Source of the DNA: the human T2T-CHM13v2.0 reference genome, Homo sapiens
Assembly: GCF_009914755.1 (NCBI RefSeq)
Contig: NC_060932.1
Strand: one strand, 5' to 3'
Length of the DNA: 64,000 bases
Translations under genes and position numbers: made by a program
In this document: positions 50,091 through 64,000 of the stretch, one piece after another
Numbering within the stretch: the first letter of the stretch is position 1
Layout: each line of letters opens with the position of its first letter
The notes under the pieces: model-generated
The model's database searches: none
What the model saw: the letters and a program-made list of their open reading frames with translations, nothing else
Told to the model about the DNA's origin: nothing

Positions 50091-50549
50091 TCATTTAACT
50101 ACTTTATGTCAGGAACCCACAACATCCTAACCACTGTCACCACACCTTCTCTTCAAGATTTCAACTTAGAATCAATCCAACTTGAAAATCCATCCCCCTG
50201 TATATCCCCTATAGATCCATTTCCCCTCCTCTACAAATATTTCTTTGCTTGATCTCCCATCCCAATGTGATCAATCCTTAGAAATCTCATACCATTTTGC
50301 ATTGCTGGTATCCAGGATGCAAAATAATCTCTTTGCCTGAGCCATGGAGATTTATTTCTACCACTCTTATGGCGATTATTTATTTTACCCTATTATTTGT
50401 GAAGAAGCCTAGAATATTTTATATTTACACGGTTAAATGGTCACAACATTTAAAAAGCCGTAGAACAGTTATAGTTCATATATTAAGTTTAGAATTAAAA
50501 GAAAAGGCAATGTTTATTAGCTATTTCATAAATCTTCTCTGAAAAGTTC

Positions 50550-50600
50550 TCAATTCTTCTCACTGAAACTTGTAAGCAACTGAGCAGCTTCTGTCTGTAT
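50550..50600 (-). CDS. RMDN1: RMDN1 last coding exon (~10)
   Basis: Minus strand ccattttag|ATA CAG..AAT TGA; IQTEAAQLLTSFSEKN*. Confidence 0.94.
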   Translation of the reverse strand: MQTEAAQLLTSFSEKN

Positions 50601-51061
50601 CTAAAATGGAAAAATACATGTTATAAGTAAACAGGAGAGCTAAGAGACTAACTTGTGAAATTTAAGTTTATAAAGTGGGGTTTCTAAGAGTTTCCAAAAA
50701 CCAGATAGGACATTATAACAATAAAATGTCTTGACAGTGACCAGATGAGACTCTCAGCTCTTCCACTTTAGTACACATCCCATGACTTTTATGTTTTAGA
50801 AATGTTAACTCGATCTGCCATGTGTGTCAAACAGGAATAATTCTGCATTGTAGCAGGCAACCCGTAACATCCACCTGGTGATAGTAACTAAATTATTTCC
50901 TATATAGAAATATAAATGTCAATCAATTTACACTTGAAATGAACACACTTGTTTTCAACAATATTATGCATTTAGAAAATTATGCTTTTAAAGAAGTTCT
51001 TAATTCACCATTTAATAGTGCCTCAAAACCTTTCTGCCTTACTTTATGGGAGATGTTTTAC

Positions 51062-51195
51062 CTGTTTATCCTCCTCTGTGTGTGCTGGATAGTCCTTGGC
51101 TTTCATTAGCCAGAAAGCAGCAAGCTTTTTGTTGTGTAGTTTCAAGTATGTCTTTCCTAAAAGAAGTAAGTTTTTGCTGTAGAAGTTTGGATCCA
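51062..51195 (-). CDS. RMDN1: RMDN1 coding exon (~9)
   Basis: gtgcag|TG..CAG|gtaaaa; VDPNFYSKNLLLLGKTYLKLHNKKLAAFWLMKAKDYPAHTEEDKQ. Confidence 0.95.
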
Positions 51196-52941
51196 CTGCA
51201 CATAAGAAAGAAAAAATGATCTCAGAGGAAACAGTGTTGCTTTTATTTTTAAAGGTTTGTTTCTGAGGTCTAAATTTCAATAAATTTGTGTGGTCAATAA
51301 GTGATTAGACTAATGGGAATTCTCTTTTGTTCAACTGTTTATATCTCAAACAAATATTTGTAAAATAATAATTACCAATGAATAAACATCTACAAATGTG
51401 CTAGGCACTGCATTATACACATTTCTCATTTTCACAACTTTGTAAGTAGGTATCTCCATTTTATAGATGAGAAGCTGAAGCTCCCGATAGAATGTATGCT
51501 ATTTGAGGACAGCAATACTCTTTTTAATCTCTTTAGTTCCCTATGGTACCCCACGTGCCTACAACAGTGTGTGAAACATAACATACATTCAGTGTACATC
51601 GGCTGAATAAGTGAATGAAATGATGATGACATATATATATTTGATCAACATTTACTGGATGTCAGCTATACTTAAACATAGAGGATGAAACAAAACCTCT
51701 GTTTTTTTCAACTTTATAATGAAGAGAGAAACATGAACACAACTAAATGTAATATAAAAATGAAAGGAATGCTTTACTAGATATACAAACTTTGAAGTGC
51801 TACAAGAAACCAAAAAAAAAAGTGGAGAACATTCTTGGCTGAAAGAAAAGCATAAACAGAAAGCCTATGAATGAAAACATGGAATTATCTCACCAACTTA
51901 ATTCTTCACAAAGTGTCCCCCTAACAATCTGAGATCCTCTGTATTCAAAGCATACTTTTTCCTGTATACAATTAATGATTAACTCCATTTGCTCCTTAAC
52001 CAAAATTGTTTTACTTCTTTTATTTGAGCAGATTTGTGTGATGCCATGTTGATATACTTAAGTTGTCCTGGGGTTAAATATATTCGTATATTCAATCATC
52101 CGATCATTCATCTATTTACTCAGTCATTCAACAGATTTGCCAAGCATTGTGCCAAGTAATGAGTGTGCAATTGTGAGCCAGAAAAGACAAAGTCCACATC
52201 TTCTCAGAATGTACAGTCTTACACATGTAAATGTTCATAGTATTGAGTGATAAGTATCACTGGAAAAATAAAAGATACTAAGGGCATCAGAGGAGCCTCT
52301 GAACTGAATATAGGCCAGAAAGAAATAAGGTAAGGTCACTCAAGAATGACTGAAGTTACCAGGGATTATTTTAGCTCCATGAGGGTAGGACCATGTTTTT
52401 CTCAACACCCCCAACCCTTAAGTCTCTAAGGTCCTATATTTTTACTTTGTAATTAACTTTTAAATCTGTTAAAAAAAGTCATCCCTAGATTCATATTCAT
52501 GATATGTGAAACAGTATGATCAAGAGAGGGTATCAGTGAAGGTAATAATGAATAAATCAGAATTGATGAATTACAGAGATAAAACATTCAGATAAAATTC
52601 TGTAGAAGATAACTGTTATCATGAAATGAACAAGTCCATTATGTGTGGGATCTCAAATTTAATAAACATGGTATGTCTTCTCCTGATTAAGTTTTATAGA
52701 ATATATTTCAATGGTTTTTATGGTCTATTTGGTATCATATGCTTATGTCTCTTATCTCCCCCACTTGGTGTATGAATATTAAAAAGGATAAATTTAGGAT
52801 GGGCTGGTGGCAGTTTCATAGGACTAGTCATTTTTTCAAAACAAACATAACCCGAAACTCTTTTTCACAATATCTGCAATAGAACTAGCCTGGCTGAATA
52901 GCAGAATTCCCATTTAAATGCCTCTAATGAGATGCATAATC

Positions 52942-53342
<401 letters not shown>

Positions 53343-53530
53343 TAAGTTCAATAGCAGCCTATTTCTCATTGATCTTTACTGAATAAAGACTTTAAAAATT
53401 GTTTTACAGTATCTAGCACAAAAATAAGTATAACAGAATAAACAACTGCTTTAGACATTGCTATTATAGTATATATTCAGCATTCATACAATTTTAACTA
53501 TATTAATATGTGTAATCAAAAATACCTTAC

Positions 53531-53561
53531 CTTGTTCTGCCCTGTGAAAGTAGCCTAAGGC
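53531..53561 (-). CDS. RMDN1: RMDN1 31-nt coding exon (~8)
   Basis: tttgacag|GCC..CAAG|gtaagg; ALGYFHRAEQ; phases match both neighbouring exons. Confidence 0.92.
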
Positions 53562-54140
53562 CTGTCAAAAACAAAGAGCCCAAACATAATAAAAAAGATT
53601 AAAGAAGACAATATTAAAAAAGCATTGTCTCAAAGATCTACTGCTATATTATATTTAAGTCAGGAAGTAAATCATCTTAAAATAATGGTCACTTCTTCAA
53701 CAGTGAGAGTTAACACCCAAAGTGAACGTAACACTTCAATCATCAAGATTACAATATATGGACTACTTCTGGTAATAACTTGGTTGCTGTTTAGAACTTG
53801 TACCAAACTAACATCATGTGCAGAAAGGAAAGAACATTATCACGTGTAACTCAGCTATTTTGACAGTTCTCTTAAATCATAACTAGTGATTTTTAGTAAA
53901 AACAAAATATAATCAAAAGCTGAATTTATTCGTTGTACTAGTGAATTTTTAAGAGTCCATTATTATTGAAATTCCTACATACAATGTTAAGTCTGAAACT
54001 CTTTTTGTCCTACTTAAGCTACTGTTTTTGTAATGCATTCTCTAATGACATTTGATTTCTAGAAACATAACTAATTTGATAAAGTAGAGCTGACTATATT
54101 TTTTGTCCTTAAAATGACCTGTCTTAAAAAAAAAAAAAAA

Positions 54141-54447
<307 letters not shown>

Positions 54448-55157
54448 TAAAATATTGGTGCATTATTTTAATAATATTTCTCAACTGTGTGTAAAGAATA
54501 CAACTAAGTATTTTTTACATCAATTTCTACACTATAGCTTCCCAGAAAGAAAAAAAAGCTCCTTGTTATAATGTAAATAATACAAGTACAGCTTTTTCGA
54601 TTGCCTGTTTTCTTACTCTGAAAAGCTTGTGATGAGTAAACCCAAAGTTTAACCAGAAATTCCTCTCAAATCTTATTTTTAACAAGAAAAGCAAAAGGCC
54701 TTGAAAATATGAGAGAATATGAACCTTTCATATGCTTTTTAAAATAGAAGTTATAATGAGTGTTCTTCTTTTATCAACTTAAGCATCTGCTTTACTTTTC
54801 TGTTATTGTGTGTAATACAGCTAAAACATGCTGGGTAACAGATGCTGTATTTCTTGTTCTATTTTATGACTTCAATATAGTTTAGATTTCAAACAGAAAA
54901 TGAAGGTAGATTTTAGCCACGAGCCATTTTAGATGACAGTATTCCAGAATTACCAGCCACTCACCTAACGGGGAAAAAGAAAACCACTCACCAGTCAAGG
55001 ATAATAAGTGTTAAGCCTTGTGATAACACAGTTGAATTGGATCATTAGAAATTGCTCAAGTCCCTCACTGAATCAGAGCTCCACATGTGTGAACACATGG
55101 TAGAATGGCGCTGTGGTTAAGAAATCCGTACTAACTTAACAAAGGACATCATACTAC

Positions 55158-55245
55158 CTTCTCATAGGTGGAACTAGGAGGAGTTGCAAACAGCATTTTA
55201 GCAATTCTTCTTTGATACCAAGGCATTTCGGCAAATGTATAGCAC
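55158..55245 (-). CDS. RMDN1: RMDN1 coding exon (~7)
   Basis: ccctgtag|G..AAG|gtagta; CYTFAEMPWYQRRIAKMLFATPPSSTYEK. Confidence 0.94.
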
Positions 55246-56511
55246 CTACAGGGAAATAAAACAATTTTATACATTCAAATTGTACCTTCTTTTCTCTTAA
55301 AGTTAACTAAGCATCTTAATACTATAAAAGGAATCTTCTACTGTATGTTTAAACAACTTGTGCTTTACATGATATCTACTAGGTAATCCAGAGATTGACA
55401 TAGTGATCCTTTAGCTGGGGGGTGTATTTTGTGATTAAATATAAATAGTAAGCAGTCATACTAATAACAGTAATATAATATACATCTACCACTGAGTGCA
55501 TTGTGCCAGGTAGTGGGTTGATTCTCTCATTTATTCCTTGTAACAATTATATATGAGATAGGATAATTTCCCCTATTTTTCTTATAAGAAAAACTCAGAG
55601 AAGTTAAACCTTACACAAGAAAAATGACAAAGCTAAACATCAAATGTATAAATAACAGCAACCAACAACTTAAATCTATTTTTAAAGCAGCAAAGCAAAT
55701 GATTAACCTCCAAAGATCTTTACAACTTTCAGAAATAAGTAGGAAAGAAAGTGTTGCATCTTTGACTAGGGTCTGAAGTCCTTAAGGCAGAAATTGCTAT
55801 TTCATTTGGGTTTGCTTACTAGCATCTGACTTAGTGACTGCCCCTCAATTATCATTAATCCTCAGTGAATGAGTGTTAGCTTAATATGTCCTTTATCCTG
55901 AAGAATATATTTCTCTTTTAAAAGAGTTTGATACAGGACAGTTTACACTGGTACCCTTCTTAGATGGCAGTAAATATTCAGCTCTGCAGGCTATACTCAA
56001 AAGAGTGTCCCATCTATCTCAAAACAGACTCTTAAACCATCAAGTACGTAACACTTTGATAAAGCCTCATACCAGCAAAATAATAATCTACAGTGGACAT
56101 AAGATCACATAAAAATAGAAAGATACTGAAAATCAGATTATATGGTTCCTCAGATTAATCAAGACTGTATCTGACACACTTTGAAGATACAAAGACCCTC
56201 TTGGGGCATTCTACTGTTTTACTATAGTTACATTAATCTAATTTCATTTAGCATGGTAAATAAGAATAGTCTTTTCAGTCTGTACATGTTTCTAAATGAC
56301 CTGAATAACAATGTTTAACATGGTCATAATCAAATTTAGTATGTTCTAACAATATATATACAAGGGCTAGTTAATGGATTTAGCACTCTAAGCTCTGTCA
56401 GATAATATTTTAAAATATTTAATATCTTTTATATATGCAAAAGAAGATATTTATACATACTACAAAATATCACACTAAATACTACTGAAATATTTAAAGA
56501 AATTTTCTTAC

Positions 56512-56567
56512 CAAATACCCATAAGGTGAATTGAAGTAGCATCTTTAGGGTTCAGTTCAATTGCTTT
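56512..56567 (-). CDS. RMDN1: RMDN1 coding exon (~6)
   Basis: ttgttag|AAA..TTG|gtaaga; KAIELNPKDATSIHLMGI(W). Confidence 0.94.
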
Positions 56568-57795
56568 CTAACAAGAAATGAGAAAAATAAATCATATTTG
56601 TTTTCTAAACACCAATAAGTGCTTTACTGTGTTTGCTGAAGAAGCCATGATTTTTTAAAAAATGCAACTGTGTGTTTCAGTTCTCCCATTATAATATCAA
56701 CTTTCTTCCTCCTGATTCTTTGATTAAATTCATTTCAAAACACTATTAATGACTTATACTAATGTTACTATTTTGTATGGTTCAGACATTTATAGTAAGT
56801 GTCTATCAAGATGAGAAAAAACATGAAATACATAAATGGATTAATTTTGCAAATTAATCTTGCAAATTAATCTATAGCTCTTAATGTTTCTTCCAAATTA
56901 AAGGAAAAATGGATAAGGAAGTACTTTCTTGGCAAACTGTAGATGAATACTGAATAAAAGTCATTCTTTCCTAAAGAAGAAAAGTGCATTTTAGTTTTTT
57001 AGAAAAAATGTAATTTTAGAAAGTCTCTTCTATGCAGATTTTAGAAAGTCTTTTCTATTTTTAGAAAGTCTTCTTGTATGCAGATTTTGTTCAACTTCCC
57101 CATCTGTACTTACCAAAGGAAAAATAAACAGTTTATAGAATATTAATAGAATAATTATGTGCAATGTAAAATATGTTGAATCTCCCTAATTTATATTTAC
57201 TATGTGAATATAAACTACAGAATAAAGAAACTGTTCCTCCTTTTATCCATTATTTTGTTGAAAACAACTAAAGAAATCTTACAGATTAATGTTCATATTA
57301 AAAGGACTCTTTTTGAAAAAATTAAGATTTCCTAGTTTATGCTTTTCTATAAACCCACACTTTTGCTTTCAGTTTAGTAATGTGTGAGGTACACATTTTC
57401 AAATATTTGTAATGGTTAAGAGCATGGTCTCTGAAACCAGACTGCCAGGATTCAAGTCACAGCTTAATGACCTTGAACTGGTTGCAAGATCTATATTCTT
57501 ACCACAACTGAGTTTTTTCTCTTTTATGGAAAAGTCATGTACTTAACTCATAAGGTTGTGGTAAAAAATAAATAAGTATCTTAACATGTTTATATGCAAC
57601 TTATGCTCTAAGCAACCTTTCTCAATTGGGAGTTCCACTAAAAATTAAGCCCTACAAAAAAATTGTGTAAGTAACTATTTTTTTCTATTTCCTAAGAATG
57701 ATACAGAAATACTGTAGTCCCATTCTAGATGCATAGGAAGGAAGTTAATTCATCACAATGGATGCCTGGGGGGATCAGGGTTTAATTAATTTTCC

Positions 57796-59258
<1,463 letters not shown>

Positions 59259-60249
59259 CAGGGTTTAATTTTCTTATGAGAAGGGTTGAGAGGGGTACTT
59301 TCAAGCAAACTCTTTTATAATCAATCCTTCCTGCCACTGGTCTTTCAAAAATAATCCAAAGATGTTACCACTTTAGATATATAATGGAATTTGAAATGTA
59401 AGCAGTATAAATGATCTTTTTTATATGTAAATACTAAATATTGCCATTTAAAATATAAACATGTACATTTGAAAGCTTATATAAAACATTGTTTTTTATA
59501 ATCTATAACCTTCACTGTTTTTTAAAAAAATGGAAAGTATACATTTGTGTATTTTCTACAGTTCTTCATTATTCCCTTTGGAAGTTATGTCATGTATTTC
59601 TACATCCTGAGGCACAGAGAAATTAAGCAATTTATCTAATGCCACTGAGAAAATTACTGTATTTCCCTGAATCTAAAATATCAAAAATGACACACCATTA
59701 GTTTATGTGCCACTAAGAAAGAAAGTATCACTGCCAACTACAATGTAAGGTTCCAGCAATTACATCATGTAATCTCATTTCAAGGATTTTAAACTGTGAA
59801 ACAGGTAAATTGTTACATTATAAAATGTCAGTTATTATGTATATATTACTATCCATACCTGAACAAGAAAAGCTAGGTCTCTGGACTCCCAGTCATTCTT
59901 TTTCACTAGTTGTTATATAAACTAGGAATTGACACTAAACCATAAAATTATGAAAAACTATTTAAATAGCAAATTCAGCACTATCCCTATGTATGTTTCC
60001 ATCATTTTTCCTTCCTATAATCTCAAAAGAGAAATAAATATGCTGGTATTTTTGTGGTAGTTTTTTTTTTTTTTTTTGAGACAATGAAGTTCATCCATGT
60101 TAAGAAATATACAGACTCCTATGCAATTCTTTGCACCTAACAGCTTACTATAAATAATTAACTTTAGGGGAAAATATTTTTAATAAAACACACATACAAT
60201 ATACACACAGATATCAATCTTAAATAGAATTATTACTACAAGGAGTGGT

Positions 60250-61045
<796 letters not shown>

Positions 61046-61106
61046 AAAAATCTATTCAGAAAAATATGACTTTTAAAATTCATGAATTTGAATAATTCAT
61101 CAGTAC

Positions 61107-61196
61107 CTCAAAATGCTCCTTGATGATATATGCATTTGCAATTTTAGCCTTGATGCCTTCATAATCTCCAACATCACTAAGGCAGATTGCATACCA
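61107..61196 (-). CDS. RMDN1: RMDN1 coding exon (~5)
   Basis: ttttcag|TGG..GAG|gtactg; WYAICLSDVGDYEGIKAKIANAYIIKEHFE; 90 nt, phase 0-0. Confidence 0.95.
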
Positions 61197-61376
61197 CTGA
61201 AAATTTAAAAAAGTGTAAGAACAATAATATTCTTAATATTCCATTCAATACAAGGTAAAACTGTATAATATTCTTCAATAGTCATTCTCATCCAACAAAA
61301 AGTTACTGAGCATAAAAACTGTATTAAATGTAATGGAATATATAAAGAGAAGTGGACATGGCCCTCTAGAAACTCA

Positions 61377-61754
<378 letters not shown>

Positions 61755-62718
61755 TTACCAACACAATGAGATAATGGTTCATGTTTATGGTCTGAGTATC
61801 AATTTAGAAGAATATGTAATTGAATGTTTTATTTTCTCATTCTCTTTTCTTGGAGTTCCATCTACTCTCACATTGCATTGTTATAGTAAGAACAGCCACA
61901 ATGTCAACTGTGACCTTGTCTCCACAGCCACAGTTGGACGGCAGACCCAAACTGAGATGACCTGAGTTTCTTTCCCAAGAAATGAATCTAAAATAGCCAC
62001 ACTTCAAAAACCCAGGTGCTGTGGAAAGTCACAAGACTTAGGATAAGGAGAAAAAAAATGTCTGCAATGAAAAAGATTTTCAGGTAACAGCAGAGTAGAG
62101 AAACAATTAATGAAGCCTCGGAGCAATCAAGCCAATTGTTTCCCAAGGTCCAACTTCACCCTGCCTTTGGGTTCTATGAAGTCCAACAATCCAGAAGGCT
62201 AATGACCACCTCGTCTCCCCGTACGATTTACTGAAAAACGTTGTTGTGAACCAACAAGAAATCCTGAAAGCAGCTAAGTTACATGTGAAAAGTCATTCTA
62301 GGTCTCAGTTGTCTAGCTGTTATATTCCTACCTCTAAATAAAACAGAAATATAACGTAAGGAAAATGAGAAAACATCTGTGAAGTGCTTATACTACTAAG
62401 AATATAGATATAGGTAATTCATGAAATTACTAAACTCCTGTTTAAAAATAAGCATTCACAAAAGTAATTTATCAAATACATATGAAGTTAGACCAAATGT
62501 TTACAAAAACAAAGACTTCTTTTTGAAAAACTTATAAAAATAACTATCTTCCCTACTTCTTTAAAATAGAGAAATTATCCTTAAGATATAAGATTGAATA
62601 AAAAGAAAAAAAAACTTAAAATAGAGAAATTGTTCTTCCAATGTAAATCAGAGATAATAGAAAAATATAGAAAATGTACCTCTCAGTACATGGTTAATAG
62701 CTTAGTTAAGCAACTCAC

Positions 62719-62878
62719 CTTATGAGATGCAAAACTTGATTCATTTTTTTCTAGTGCTCTTTTTGCATACTCTAGGGCTTCATACACCAATAGCTTTTTC
62801 TCCTCTTCTGAGGTTCTGCTAAGCTGAGCTACATCACGTGATGCCCGTGCCAAACGCCACAGTAACTCTGCATCTTCA
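62719..62878 (-). CDS. RMDN1: RMDN1 coding exon (~4), TPR-like helical region
   Basis: aaattag|T..AAG|gtgagt; EDAELLWRLARASRDVAQLSRTSEEEKKLLVYEALEYAKRALEKNESSFASHK. Confidence 0.95.
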
Positions 62879-63516
62879 CTAATTTGAAATAAAATATAAA
62901 ACAACCATTTTAGCTCACATTTAAAAATTGTTAAGGGTTACATTACTAATGAATACATTATGGTCTTTCAGCTTAGGAAGCTAGCAACATGATATCAAAA
63001 GCCATTAGTAATAATGCTAAATTTATTATTTTCTTTAATATAAAACCTTTACTTGCTAAAATTTCCTATAAAAATGTCTAATATCCATAAATATTAACTT
63101 ACCTCTAGTATCTAAAATACTTCTTTCAAAAATATCTTTGCATTCAAATTCTCTGAACATTTGCCCTACAAAACTCAACATATTAACTTGAGGTTTGGCC
63201 TCACTGGCACTGTGTTTCAAATAACTCACTCAGTAGTTCATACAGTATCATAAAATACATAAATTTTATAGACAGGGTCATGTTCTAAAAATACAAAACT
63301 GCTGAATCCCTAGTCTCAAATACAGCACCTGACACAAAATTGTTTTTGACAATTATTTGCTAATGAATGAATGGTTGAATATAATGTAATCTCAAAATAA
63401 ATCCTATGTTTGAATACCATGCCATGATGCATGGGTTACTTCAAGTAAGAGCATTGGATTCTTTGAAGAACTGCCATTTCCATATAATGACATAAGAAAT
63501 GGTTAATAAATTATTA

Positions 63517-63878
<362 letters not shown>

Positions 63879-64000
63879 TTAATCCTAACTTTATTTTTTT
63901 AACATAAAAAAAAATTTGAAGCTAAAGCTTCCTTTAATTAAGATAGTTATCATTCAATGAATATGGAGTAACTACCTTACAGCTTATTTTTCAAGTTATC

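Overview
Primate (human or great-ape; the SVA and AluY elements restrict it to hominoids) genomic DNA holding two convergent, intron-rich genes. On the + strand are the last 16 coding exons of WWP1, a NEDD4-family HECT E3 ubiquitin ligase. They join through GT-AG introns into one open frame (1708 nt including the stop) covering WW1-WW4 and the whole HECT domain, followed by the 3'UTR. On the - strand are the last 7 coding exons of RMDN1 (FAM82B, regulator of microtubule dynamics 1). One RMDN1 intron carries a processed NTAN1 pseudogene split by an Alu. The rest is dense in repeats: an antisense SVA at the left edge, more than 25 Alus, L1/L2/MIR remnants, MaLR LTRs and Tigger/Charlie DNA transposons, often nested. 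Most ORFs in the supplied track are Alu or SVA artefacts. I see no convincing new biological system. The best leads are (i) candidate alternative RMDN1 3' exons and polyA sites running toward the WWP1 3' end, one of them inside a Tigger4 transposon, (ii) a perfect 55-bp AT-rich inverted repeat in the intron that splits WW3, (iii) a back-to-back AG|GTGAGT site with a candidate poison exon in RMDN1, and (iv) a sense-oriented retrocopy polyA signal inside RMDN1. Exon numbers assume the commonly cited 25-exon WWP1 and 10-exon RMDN1 models. Repeat boundaries are approximate and subfamily calls were made by eye.
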